DNA of 64,000 bases from Felis catus (Eukaryota). The translations under genes and the position numbers were made by a program. The DNA lies in the NCBI RefSeq assembly GCF_018350175.1, contig NC_058368.1, positions 30,072,001 to 30,136,000 on the forward strand, given 5' to 3'. Positions 38,483 to 51,670 of the stretch are shown piece after piece. Below the pieces are notes generated by a model, which ran no database searches, was not told the DNA's origin, and saw nothing but the letters and a program-made list of their open reading frames with translations. Numbering within the stretch: the stretch's first letter is position 1; each line of letters opens with the position of its first letter.

Positions 38483-39076
38483 AACATTTACTAAGTACTT
38501 CCTATGAACCAGGCACATAGTACATAGTATTCAGCATTAGGGTAGGGAAATAAATGAAACAAAGTGTGTGCTCGCATAAAGCTTATATTCTAGTGAGGAA
38601 CTTATTTCTCAGTTGGCCTAAAATTCAAATGAACCCGAAATCCTTTTCTGGTTATTGGATAACCCAGGTGAAAATTTCACAGTGAAAAAGTTTGTCTTTG
38701 ATTTACTCCACTGTGGGTGGACTCCTCTCCACCTTTAGAAATCCTGACCCTGGAGTTCAGTGAAGCTTTTCCTAGGAAGCCTCTGTGCTCTGTGTGGTTT
38801 TCCTCCAGAAAGGGCCTCAGAATCCATCCATAGTTTCCCTGCCTTTCTTTGCACTAATACCTCTGTGATTCCCTGAGGGCCTTTCTTCAGACTTCACTTC
38901 CCCAAAGTCATTTTCAGAATGTGCTCTTGAGTATTCATTGCATTCCCTGATAAATGGTAACATTTAGATGGAGTTTTCTGGAGATGTCATGCCCCAATCC
39001 AAAGAATATCTAAAATTATGCCCCGGGCTTGTGATGGAGACAAGTAGGGATAAGTTGGATTTTCAGGCTTCCTTAA

Positions 39077-39090
39077 GTTGCTATGGCAAC
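39077..39090. promoter_or_regulatory. Consensus RFX X-box
   Basis: GTTGCTATGGCAAC, a full palindromic match. Confidence 0.5.
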
Positions 39091-40024
39091 TCCACATTGC
39101 TTTTGTACCTCCTGAGATTCTCCATGTGAGTCAGGCCATGTGCTAGAGAAGGCATGCCTTCAAGTGTGGGTAGAGCCAGTGGCTGTGCAATTACATTTAT
39201 CCAAAAAAACAATTTTTTTTTTCTTTTTTGTCAAACCAGAGAGGTTGGTATTGTGGGCCTGGCTTCATACCTTTACTTTGGAAAACACCTTGGCCCCTCA
39301 AGTTGCTGAAAGAACCTGATCAATCCAGGGGTAAAATCTACCCCTCATGGCCACCAGAACTTTGGCTATAAGTGCGAATATCTTTGCTTTTCATTTTACT
39401 TGAAATAAATATATGTTAATTTATCTCTTCTGAATATTTAACATCTGAGAAAGATTTCCAACTCCACCCTCCTTTTTTTCCCTTGTGCAACTTTCTTTAG
39501 TGATTGATTATGTCATAGTCTGTAACAGCTGGCCTGGGCATCAGAAGGTATGATAAGGCAGTGAACATGACCTGCTCACAAGATTTTTGGTTCCTCACCC
39601 AGATTGGGATCTTATGGATGGGGATAAAATAGAGGGATCTGAACCCAACAAAGGCACTTTGTCTAGGGAAGTTGGTCCAGAGCTTGGCTCCCAGTAAGGA
39701 GATAGAGGACCGAAATTGCTGGAGTCCTGCCCTGCCTCTTGATATCTCTGGGACCTGTCAGGTTTGGAAAACTTTCCATTTCTATAAACATTGAAATTTC
39801 TCAAGTGAAGAGGAAATGGGAAAGACTCACTTAACCTTTTCAAATGATAGTCTCTTAATGTATAAAATGCAGATAATAACGTCGGCTTAGCTTTCCCAAA
39901 TGCAAGTTACACCTACAGTTTTGGCAATCCCGAGAATGGATGTGTTCAAAAATTCCTGGAAGAGTTTCTGCAAACCCAAATTAAAGCTATGTTCCTGCAG
40001 GGAGGGGCAAGCCTAGCTGACTTT

Positions 40025-40700
40025 CTGACTCCACTTGAGCTGCTGTTGGTAGTCAAGTAAAGTCACTTTTCTGTGCTTCTTGGAGAGCAAGTTGGGATCC
40101 AGAGACAAAGAGGGACATTCTTTTGTATTTTTGTTGCCACCTGGAAGAATTTTCTTTTTCTTTTTCTTTTCTTCCTTTTTTTTTTTTTTTTTTTTTTGTA
40201 GGTATAAAAATAGAATCTAAAAGTGTTCCCTTTATCTGGGGGTAGTTAGGTGTGAAACAGCTTAAAGCCATCATCTAAACAGTTATGACAAAGCTACTTC
40301 TCTTTTCAGGGAGGGAAGGTATAATCCTATTATCTTTGTGTGGTTATCAGCGCCACTTGAATTTCCAATTAGTGCAGCTAATCACCATGGGCTCCTCTGG
40401 TACTTAGCTGGCAAACAGCTAAGTCTAATTAATACTTTGGAGTGGTGGGTAAATGGCATTTATTTTACACCCCTAGACACATTTTCTAAGTAAAATTCTG
40501 ATGTGAGTCTTGTTTCATTGGAAATGAACAATTTATAAAAAGAAACGAAAGGAATTCCGTGGGAAACTAGCAAAATAAGATCCTTAGGAGATCTTGTCAA
40601 ACCTGAGAATTCAGTGTCCTGGAGAAAAACAGAGGCTATTTGATGGCCAGTCAGAGGCACATTTCACACCCATTTATTGTTAAAAAATTAATAAATCTAT
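40025..40700. promoter_or_regulatory. Candidate enhancer with GATA, T-box and NKX2 motif cluster
   Basis: Apparently TE-free; motif coordinates in findings. Confidence 0.35.
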
Positions 40701-42714
40701 AAGATAGGAGAGGCCTTACTCAACCTCAGACTTGTAAAGAGACTCATTACCATTGGACTCATTGATGATGATTCTTCGCTTAGAAACAGAATAAAGTATT
40801 AATAACCCAGGCCTCTGGGCTTTTAATTCAAATGGCTTAGAGCCAGTGGTCTCTGGCATGTCCATTATAATTATCTGGGTGAGCTCCAGGCGAAATAACA
40901 ACTTCTCTGTGGCCAGTGGGCATTTTAATGGGAATTAGAGCTTGGCAACCTCTAATCCTTTGTGCAGAAAATCTCTATTAGCACCTGCCCTCCAGATTCA
41001 CAGTCCCACCAACTCCTGTCCCACTGAGGTCCCGGAGTTGATTGGGATGTGGGTCAGCTTCTCGTGGGGAAGCCAGGCTTGACCATGTGCCCAAGGTCCC
41101 TTGATCAATGTGGTATCCTTGTGTCTTAGAAGAGGCAGACATGCTCACGGCTGAGTCAAACCCAGAGTGACTACTGATAAAGCTATTCTGTTGATTCTTA
41201 TCCCCTCAATGCTGGAAGAAAAACACCGCAATATTAATATTAACCCAGAGAGTGGAGGGTCTGATTTTTTTTTGAGGCTGTCACCCTCCGTAGACCTGGT
41301 GGATTCCTATGCTCTTGTCCGGGAGTAACTTGTTTATAATTAAACAATTCCTTTGTACTCACTTGGAAAAAAGCCCTTATTTGCAGAGACTATCAGAGTT
41401 TCTAAACCAGAAAAAGCTATAGAGAAGAATAATAAGCCTCAAAGAATCGCAAATTTCGTTGGTTTTGAGCTCCAGGCTTTGGCTGGGCACTGGTCTGGGA
41501 AAAGGGGACACTTATTTTTTAAGACAAGAGCTCTGTGTTTAATTTTTCGGAATACGAAAGAGCTGAATGTTTGCTTGAGAAGGGATTTGAAGCCTTTTGT
41601 AGGCTTTTTGAGTTTTTCAGATAAAGGCAATCCACATCGCCGTTCTTAGGCAAAATAGTTCCGCAAGTAGCTCTCGTAGGAAAAAAGAGCCGCTCCCCAA
41701 CGTGTAAGCATTATTCTGTATAATTATGGATATTTTCCTTTCCAAAAAAAATTTTTTTTCTAGAAGCTGCTATTTCAAAGGCTTTCAATTCTGCGTGTCA
41801 TTATCAAATAATCTTTTTTGTACTCGGGTGTTTATTATTGGATTGCAACAAGGATAAAGCTCTAGGGGTTTTTGTCTCCTTTGGTATGCTAATTAGCCAG
41901 TTTCCTTTTGATCTTTTTCTCACTGAAAAGAGTGAAAAGCTATCTCGGTAGGAAATCGTAGTGCTGTGCATTCACCCCCTCATCTCCATAATCTGAGGAT
42001 CAGAGGAAGACAACAATTTCACTGCTGAATGAGAGCTTCCAGAAGCTTTAGTTAGGGCTCACTGCTGCCAGATAATTCCGCTGGCACTCAGGGGTGGGCG
42101 CAGAGGAGGAAGACAGAGGAGGAAAAAGGCACAAATATTTCACGTGGTCAAGTGAGCTCAGTCTATTTTATTTCTTCTCCAAGCATTTAATCCATGCAAA
42201 TCCATGTCATTTCACCCAATGTTTAGCTTTTAGATTTCTTTTTCCTATTGATATGTTTTTAGGGACAACGACTGAATACTCAGTTTAAGGAAAATGGTTG
42301 CAGTAGCAGGAGAAAGTACACAGCTGATAAAATCTGCTAGACTACGAAGCCATCTTTTAAAAGACACAGTAAACTCACATATGCAGAGTAAACTCACTGG
42401 GGAAAATGCTGCCGGCTCTTCTGGGTTGGATGCATGTATTTGTATGTTACATGATGTTTGGGAATGATGGGAACACGAAGTCCCATATTAGATTTTTAGT
42501 TTGGTCACTGACTGGTCCACTGTAGCTGTGAATATTTACCCCTTTCATTAAGATCTAAGAATTTAGGACAAAGTCTGGGAAGCCGAATGGGAAATTTCAT
42601 CATCAGTATCATCACCTAACATCTATCGAGAATGCACATAGGACAGCACTGCATTATCAGGACAAAGTAAGTTGAGACCTAAGTATCTAGTCACAGGGAC
42701 TGTGCCCAGCTCAG

Positions 42715-42765
42715 GCAGACAGACAGACAGGCACGCGCGCGCGCGCGCACACACACACACACACG
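42715..42765. repeat. (GACA)n-(CG)n-(CA)n compound repeat
   Basis: Seen directly. Confidence 0.95.
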
Positions 42766-43254
42766 ATTGAATCATATGAACTCAATTTTTTTGCAAGTAA
42801 AAAGCATTTCCATATGCTCAGCCTAATATAGTTTATTGTTTGAGAGGTATGTTATAAGATGTGAGCATTATTTGAAAGTAGAACAAAAAGTTCATACATC
42901 CAAAAGGAGTACTGACTCCTATAAAATCATCCTAAGAGAGGTCTGATTCCAAAAATGCAGCCAGGGCTCAGGGCATTTTTAGAATAGTCCTAAACCTAAG
43001 GGTTTTCACTTCCTCAATGTTTGGAAAGCAATCTTTACCCTTTGGAAATGGCTTTGAAATTTTGGAAATAAAGGAGGGTCATTCAAAATCACCTCGTGCG
43101 AGTAAAATAATTTATACTGAATAAGGCTATTTTGAATTTTCTTTTAAATAAGCAACAATTTGAGTATAAATAATGCAACAATTTTCTTGGATGCCATACG
43201 AGCCACCAGAGCCATATAATTTTCCACATAGAGGGTACCTTAGAGATTGGCTAG

Positions 43255-43440
43255 TCCAGCATTCCTTAAACTTTATTGAACCTAAAAATCCTCAGGGGGA
43301 ATTATGAATAATGCAGTTTTGAGCACCTTGCTGTAGAGTCTGATTTATTAGATTTAAGAAGAGACTCGGAAATCTACATTTTAAATAACCTTGTCAGATG
43401 GTTTCAAGGCAGGAACCATGTCAGCCATACTTGAAATTCC
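43255..43440. mobile_element. MER5-like hAT-Charlie remnant
   Basis: aaaatcctcagggga...aatgcag...gagtctgatttattagattt...ggaaatctacattttaaataa. Confidence 0.5.
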
Positions 43441-43544
43441 CACACTTGTCTGTAAAGACACTGAAAGTTACTCTGCTACACAGAAGCTGGCCCAGAAACA
43501 AACCTCCAGTCTCCAGACTCCCAGGAGGGCCTCAAGAAGGGATA

Positions 43545-43745
43545 CTTGGGGTCTGAATCATAGTTCGGTACTTATAGACTGAGTGGTGTTCAATCACTTT
43601 TTAAAACCTTTCTGTTAAGCCAGTTGCCTCATTTAAAACACGGAGGTAATACTGATTGATTCCAAGCTCAGTGTCGTATCTATGTAAATTGCTTACTATG
43701 GTGCCTGGCGGATAGTAATTGCTCAATAAACATTAGCTACTCTAT
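43545..43745 (+). mobile_element. MIR remnant
   Basis: aacctttctgttaagccagttgcctcatttaaaacacggaggtaata...gtgcctggc...tgctcaataaacattagcta. Confidence 0.7.
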
Positions 43746-44032
43746 TTTTATCCCCAAGTCTCCACCATGGCTCTTTGTGTTTCTTTTTCTGTACTTGCTC
43801 CTTTTCTTGGGCCTTTTTAAATAGGCATTTCTGCTTGGCATTCCTTCCCTATGGCTTTGATCACACCTTGGTTCCCGGTACTGCCATCAGACTACAGAGT
43901 TGTTTTTGAGAGGTAGCAATCGGTTATAAAAGCCCTCTGGAATCCTCCCTGAGAGGAACAGCTGGGTCTTTGCACATGTTGCCTTTATGCCCAATTAACC
44001 CTTAACTACAGCCCTACTGGCTTGTGACTCTT

Positions 44033-44062
44033 GGCGGGGCGGGGGGGGGGGGGGGGGGGGGG
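44033..44062 (+). repeat. Poly-G tract (22 G at 44041-44062)
   Basis: Seen directly. Confidence 0.9.
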
Positions 44063-44774
44063 AACGACCAAAACCAAACCAATAAATAAAAAAATCCTCA
44101 ACTGTGAAACCAAAGTGTGCAGAGATCGAAGGTAGCGGCACAGAAATGCCTTCTTCATGCCAGATGAGTGGAGGGCAAGGAAGAGGCTGTTGGGGAAGGG
44201 CAGCCAGAACAGCTGGTGGCATGGGCACTTGCCCACAGGCTCTTCAGACTTGGCTCAGAAGCCGGAGGCACTGACGATGGTGCCGGAGGGAGAAAGACAG
44301 CATGAGGCATCCATGCAAGGTGCCAGGGAAGTACTTGTATCTTCCCCCCGTCTGTTCCTGTCACCCCTACACCCTCCCATTTGCTCACAAATAATTAGGC
44401 CATGGGTGACCAAATGCTGCCTGAGCCACCTGATGCTGCTAATTACTATGACCGTTTAGAGCCAATTATCGCCACAAAAGCAAAACATCTTCGTGTAGCA
44501 TTCCAAATGGATACTGTTTCGTCCGGGGCAGAGACGAATTGAACACTGTGGCTTAGTTTAAACTAAAAGGGCTCTACTTTGGCAGTTTTCAAAGACCCAT
44601 TTGAGTCCTTTTGTTTTTTTAATTTGTAGCTTTGCAGATGCTACAATTACTATAAGTGCAACAAGCATGATTTGGGTGGGACAATTCTGTATAGGTAGAT
44701 TTTTATGTATCTTCCTGTGTAAAAATTATATATAATATAATTTATTAAAAATATAAAAATTGTATATAAATAAA

Positions 44775-44800
44775 TACACACACACACACACATATATATA

Positions 44801-44832
<32 letters not shown>
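44775..44832. repeat. (CA)n-(TA)n-(GA)n compound microsatellite
   Basis: Seen directly. Confidence 0.95.
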
Positions 44833-44837
<5 letters not shown>

Positions 44838-47800
44838 TTATCATGTACATGTACTATGTAGGACCCCTCCCTGTAACAGAATCATGCATGTATTTATTAA
44901 TACTTTTGTTGGGACTCTAACTCTAGGATTTCATTTATTTAGTACAAACGGTTGGATAAAAACCTTTAGGATAATTCCCTTATCTTTAGTGTAAGTGAAA
45001 TGATGCTTACTTAAGACAAATGAAATGTAAATCTGAAATAATTATCTGAATTTCTGGTCAAAACATTTCAGCTGAGAGAAAATGTAGGCTTCGGGTTGTG
45101 AATAATACATATTTTCTGCTGCTCTGATTAGTGTCTTTGGACAATTGCTCAGCTCTTCCTTCTGTTTATAGGTACAAGCTGAGTCGCTGCTTTCCAATGT
45201 CACTATGGAAAGGGACAAGAATAATTTATATGAAAAGTATGTGCATGATTTTAGTCTCTTTAAATGAAGGAAACTTCCATACAGAAGCCAAGCACTTGGA
45301 GAAAACGGATGCTGAGAAATGCATAGCTGAGCTGTGGAACCCCCTGGGAAAGGCTCAGTCTTTGTGAAAATGCTTCTGATTTCCCCCTTGGTTTCTCCAG
45401 AGAAGAGGACCATAGTATGTCGTGGCAGACATCCACATGTTAGCTAAAGTTAGTGTTAACTGGGGAGCTTACCACCCCCATCCGGTCACCCATCCCTTCA
45501 CTATGTGCTAACTGTGGGCACTCATTGGTAAGCAGGACCCACAGGCATCTGTCCCTGTGCGTTTTTGAGTACAGCTAAGATGAACCGAGTGGGAAAAACA
45601 GAAGGGGTTTACTTACTAACGGGAGTTAGAGAAGCAACACGAAATCATTTTTATCAGCCGTAATTTTGGGCTGTTTTTATCGGCCGTAATTTTGTGATGT
45701 TAACTTACTCTCCTGAGATTTAAAAATATCAAGATTATTTCTGATACCGTCAAGACCCGCCAGCTATCCAGAAGACATTTGTACGGATGTGGTGGTCTGT
45801 GCTAATGATAAACAAGACTTAAATTTCTGGGATGTGAATTGTTACTGGGAGCCTCTATAAAGTCCAACTGGTAACTGAACTGAAACTGAAAAGGCATCCT
45901 CCTTTGGGTAACGGCTGTCCTTGAAAATAATCTATTCACCGGGCTACTTCCCGTTTGATTGGGAGTGTGTGTGTGAGTGAGGGGGAGAGGGGGAGGAAGG
46001 ATGAGTGTGTGGGTGAACATGTGTGCGAATGTGTTTGCACGCAGGGGTATGATTGTGCGTGTGTACGAGTGTGTGTGTCTGCATGTGCAAATGTGTGCAT
46101 TCATTATCTAAGTCTCTCCATTCCCTGCAGAGAATCGTGAGAGTCGTTTGGAGAAAGTTATTTATTTAAATAATACAGCAGTGGAGTAATTCTAGTAAGT
46201 CAGTACATACCTAGGTATACTTTTACAAGGAAGCATACTGAAAAGAAGTAGACCTTTTTCCAATAAGCTTTGGGCTCCTAGCATACCACGAGGCGACATT
46301 TGGACAGTGTCCATGGTGATCTGTGCAGCGGCCCATGTGGCACTCATTTTAAATTGGTCCTGTTAAGTATAGCATTAAGTGTCTGCTCATCAGCAGGACT
46401 GAGCAATTTCTGAGTGGGACTAGAGCTTTCCAATCCTTACCCACGTGATCTGTAACGCTGGTGTGGGTGTATGACATTTCTGCCCAAGACATAATTAGGT
46501 TGCATGTGGGGATATTTCAGGGTAAATATTTTTGTTTTAATTTTTTTTCTGATAAAAAATGTGCCCATTTGCCAACATTCCCTTGGAAAATGAACCAAAA
46601 GTGATAGATAATTCTTTTCTGTTAGCTTCTCTCATAAAACTTCTTCTCTGCATGGCCTTGAGACTGCTTACTCCTAGAGTTTGTCATATCCAAGGCTGAT
46701 TTCCTAACCTAGTGTGTTCTCGCGTGCTTCCCTAATCTCAGGCTTGGTCTTCATGACATTGGGTAAGAGAAGATTCTTTCAGAATCTGGGGGCTGGATTT
46801 TTTTTTAAATGTTAGCCACCTAAACTTATTCAGCATGTATTTACTAAGCAGTTTTTTGCATCACTTATCATGACAAGTCTTGGGGAGAAAATGATGAATA
46901 ATCCAGGCCTTCAAGGTGCTCTCAAAGCGGAAGGGGAGACATTCTCTTAAGAAGGAAGTGATTACATGAGATGGGAAGACAAGGGAGAGAAAAGAATTCT
47001 TTTTGTGGGGTTAGGAGGGGCTGACAAAAGAAATGCTGTATGAACAGAGGCTTGAATGATGGGTATGAATCTATCGTGTGGTAGGCTCCAGTGGGGGTAA
47101 GTGGGAAACATTCTAGGCAAAGGTATGAATTTATAAAAATAAACCTGACTGTTGAATTTCTATCTTCCGAGTAAGTCATCACAACCAGACACCTATCTCA
47201 TTTTTCTCCTTCCTCACTGATGATTCCAGTCTTGCTTCCAGAATCTTCTGAATCAAGAGCTTTGCTCAGTAAACATACAGGACAAACCTACCAAAGAGTA
47301 ACTCTATCCTGTGCTGTTTATTATGTTGCTTTCTTTGTCTGAGACAAAGCAATTACTTGGTTTGGAATTTTTTTTTTCTTTTTAGTTAGAGACAGAAACA
47401 ATATTTTGCATTCTCCAGAGCTACGTCTGCCTCTAGGCAATCACCCTGGAAAAGGAACAAACCTTACCTTCCTGTAGAAAAGACAAATAGTTTGGGCAAC
47501 CCATAGTTCTAGCCAGGGTTTATTTTAGGCTATGTATTACTTCAAGAGGCTCACATGAAGTAAAAACTAGTTTGAAATTGGTCTCCCTCTGTGTTTTTAT
47601 TTCATTTAATGTTTTTGAATTGTGAGGCTTTGTGACGCTCAAGTGCCCTTTAGGTAGTTCAAGATGGACAAACCGGTAACACCGAACCCAAACCCAAACC
47701 AGGAAGTAAAAAAAGCATTTTGTCGAATATTGCAATAAACTTAGACCCTTTGTGCATAGGAACGGATGACAAAAGTTCTCTACGTGTAAACATAAAGTGA

Positions 47801-49249
47801 AGATTTATTGGAGTGAGGTAAGGAAGGCATCAACAAGGGCCAGAGCAAATACTCTTCTGAAAACATCAATGACATTCTGCTCCATTTCACACTAGGTAGG
47901 ACTGTAAATCTGCAAAGGTCAAAACACAGCCTCCCTTCAGGCTCATAGGAAATGTTTAAAGATGTCAGTTTGCACCAATCTTAGTTGCAATGTCACACAG
48001 CAAACAAGGCTAAATTGTGATTTAATTCTTGCACTTGTGTTCTTGCTTTCTGTCCTGATTTCTGTACAGCAAAGGATTCCGTTTACCACCCCTGAGATTA
48101 TCTATTCTTGTACTAACACCTGTTTTGTCCTTTGCTTTGCATAAATGATAGTCTCCCTTTGTCTAGGAGATAATTTTTATATGGTATAAGGAGAGAATTC
48201 TATCGTCTGCCTCTGGAAGCTTACATTCTCCCTGCACACCCCACCCCCCTCCATTTTCTCTCATTCCACACCACACAGTGTAATACAAGCATGGCGAGTG
48301 TAATGGGGAGACCCTGGGCTGATTAATATTATTTACTGTGATACTTCTTCTGGTCAATTTCTGCAGACATGAGAGGCATCATACCTTACCTGGGAAGAGG
48401 CAGTTGGAGCCTCTGGTTTCCATTATCTTCCATATATATGATTGCTGCTTTGCTAGTGTTAGAAGATTCTGTGATTGGGTTGACAACTGATTAGTTCCAC
48501 AAATATTTATGAAACGAATGTGCAAGACCTTGTGTTAGGTAGGTATTGCAGGAGAGTTGGTGGGGTGGGGGAAGAGCATCATGGGCAAAGATAAACAAGA
48601 ACTAGTTCTTTGTTCTAAAGACCCTAAAACTTTGAGGGGGGAAAGTTGATGTGTGAACAAGAAGGAATGAAATGAGTTTTATAGCAGGAGCATAAGCACT
48701 GGGCTCTGGCAAACCTGGGGAAGGCGAAAGCTTTAGAAAAGCCAATTTCTCTTGAGCTGTAAAAATCCTTACAAACTGGAACTCATTACTTCCAGCTTGA
48801 TATATTCTCTGGAGCTGTGATATGAATAGATCCAACTCCATTTCACATGTATATTTCGAAATTGCCTCTGGTTTTGGATTTTTGTGGCAATGTGTTTTAT
48901 AGACTGAACTGGTTCCAAAGGCAGGTAGTACATAGTTAAACAGCTATAAAATTCAAAGTATTTAGTTCCAGAAACCCAACTTTTTCAAGTCTCCTTTGTC
49001 TGGGCAGCTTTATCTTATATGCTATCTTGAACATCAATACTTTTGGTCGTGGTTCAGGAAGTTTCGATCATCAATTCACTTCCCTTCTTCCTACACACGA
49101 TGTTTTCTTAGTCATGAATGAGCTTCAGGGAATCATGTCTCAGTGTTAAGTGTATGCAAAAATTTCTTTAAGGACATTTTTCTTGGAAGAGAGTCCATTG
49201 TTTTAATCAGATTCTCAAAAAGATGCATAAGCCAGGCAGTGTAAAACTA

Positions 49250-49810
49250 CTATATGTTCTCTCTTCATGATTTTGCCTACTGTCGAGATTTCAATGCCAA
49301 CTAAATGCTGATGACTCTAAAATCTGTATTTCTATATTAAATACCCCTGAGTTTTATTCTTATATGTCCAAATGTTTACAACTTATCTTTGCTTCTTTGG
49401 GACAATAGCCCAAGCCCACCAATTCCAAGATGAAATTCACGATCTTTCATTGTATATCATGCCTACATATTTTCCATCTTCATTGATGTCACCAACGTGC
49501 ACTCAGTCACCCAGGATAAAAAACTGAGAATCATTTGGGTAATTTGTCCTTGTTCTTTATGAGAACTCAAATGGCACTTGCTTCTAAAAGCCTAAAAGCC
49601 CCTCTTGACCACCAAGACAGGCTGGTTGCTCTCTTTTGGGGTCCCAGAGCACCCTCAGTGCTCAGCCATATATTAATGATCTGTTTATTTTTCTGGTTCC
49701 CTCACTAGTCTGCAAGTTCTTGAGTGAAGCAACCATTTCTTACTGGGTTTTGTGATTCAGCACCGAGGCCAAAGTCAAGCCCTCAGTAAATGCTCAGGGA
49801 TCAATTAAAA
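49250..49810 (-). mobile_element. L2 remnants
   Basis: aaatgctgatgactctaaaatctgtatttcta...ccctcactagtctgcaagttcttgagtgaagcaacc...ctcagtaaatgctc. Confidence 0.55.
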
Positions 49811-50300
49811 GGAGTAATTAGGACTCTTTAAAGAATATACGTTATACCTGGTGTCCGGAAATGCAGACATAGTGACAGTGGCTTGAAATATTCTGTTTTC
49901 ATGGCTTGTGAAAGTGCAGAGGAAAGAAAGCTCTGTCTAATGTGGTCTGCTAAAATGAAATTATTGTAAAAGTCAGATCTTAATGCTGATTCTATGTCAC
50001 TCAGTAGGGGGGAGATGCCAACTGTGTAGTAATAGCCTGTTTTCTATATGTTCTTTCTAAACTTGACAATCCTCCTCTCCAGAGAAAAAATTCTATTAAG
50101 TTAAACATTTAGGTTTTAAAAATAATGTTTTAGAATCAAGTAATTAATAATTCATAGCATCTTGTGGGAAATTGTGTTAGATACAAGTACAACATTTCTG
50201 AAGCTTCCTGAATTCTGATAGAAGCGTAAAAGGACAAGCGTACCAAGACGTTGCCCACCACATTTAAGACAGAAATGCTTTCAAAAAATGGACTAATTGA

Positions 50301-50522
50301 GGGGTGCCTGGGTGGCTCAGTCGGTTGGGTGTCCGACTTCGGCTTAGGTCATGATCTTGTGGTTTGTGGGTTCGAGCCTGGTGTCCGGCTCTATGCTGAC
50401 AGCTTGCAGCCTGGAGCCTGCTTCGGATTCTGTGTCTCCCTCTCTCTCTCTCTGCCTCTCCCCGTCTCATGCTCTGTCTCTCTGTCTGTGTCTCTCTGCA
50501 TCTCAGAAAGCAATAAACATGA
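50301..50522 (+). mobile_element. CAN-SINE
   Basis: Perfect 18-bp TSD aaaaaatggactaattga (50283-50300 / 50523-50540). Confidence 0.96.
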
Positions 50523-51188
50523 AAAAAATGGACTAATTGAAAAGAAATGAGAAAATGCCCCATAGTCCTTCACCTACCAAACATCTTTTTAGGCATTGTA
50601 GTTGTGTTCTGCACTTTTCAAATGAATCAGAATTTTGTTTCCCTTCCCCTCCTCATGGGTTAAGGGAAAGAGAATGCCTCCCTCTACACTATGCCACGTA
50701 AGAGGGCCTTAGCAGAAAGTGTGGTGTTTGCCAGAAAGAGAGCCTGACATCTTATCCTAAATGACTGTTGGCTGAGCTGTAGAAAGAAACCCATCCATCC
50801 CTGTGTCACCATGGGAACACAGCTGTGTGCACTAGGGAGAGGTTAACCTGTGTCCTCTGGAGTCTGGAGCCAGAGATTGGGCCCTGACTGTGGCCTGGAA
50901 AATCCTAAAGGAAAGAGGTTATGTGGAGATGCTCTTGAAAATTAGACCAATGGAAGAAGGATACAGGAGGAGTGTCCTATATGCCGAGATTTTGGAAAGA
51001 TGAGATGCAAACTTTCTGATGGGTTATTTGGACACTTGGTGAAATAGCAAGAAGTAGCAAGTTTGGGGGAATCTTGAAAGGACTCTGCCTAAGAGTTCTG
51101 CTTATCAGGACAAAGTGTTCCAAATAAAGAGGCTAAATGGGGTATACCACTGGGGCAGCTGCGATTGGTCTAGGAATGGTGTTGGAGG

Positions 51189-51190
<2 letters not shown>

Positions 51191-51237
<47 letters not shown>

Positions 51238-51248
51238 CACGCGCACAT
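51191..51248. repeat. (GT)n microsatellite
   Basis: Seen directly. Confidence 0.95.
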
Positions 51249-51670
51249 GTTCTAAGTGGGTTCTTTTCCCCTAATTCCATCCTCCCCTTCAAATACCCCA
51301 ATTGTTGAGGGGCCAGAAAAAATGTTAGCAATGGGGCAGGCAGGGGAACAGGAAAGACCTAGATAAAAACTGAAAAGTTAAAAAAAAATGCATTACTGAA
51401 ATGATTAGGATATCTATTGTACTCCATGCCATTGATGCCCTCCTAGGTCTCCTTTCCACCAAACACATCACTTGGACAGCTGTTGTGAATGCTGGCTGCT
51501 AATAGCACACAGCTGCTCTGTGCTGCTGAGACTTGCCCTTGGCCAAACAGGAGCCACCTCACCCTGGAAGCGATGAATCTCCTCTTAGCTAAACCTAAGA
51601 CAACTAGCATTTTATGGGAATGGTCACATTTCTGCTCCTGCTAGGATCAGATGTTAAAAATGTTGGAAGT

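Noticed and set aside
48390..48468. Minus-strand 79-nt candidate exon with a CAG|GTAAGG donor
   Set aside because: Weak acceptor tract and unrecognisable peptides in both open frames
49756..49776. RE1-like TTCAGCACCGAGGCCAAAG
   Set aside because: Right half-site is broken; lies in an L2 terminus
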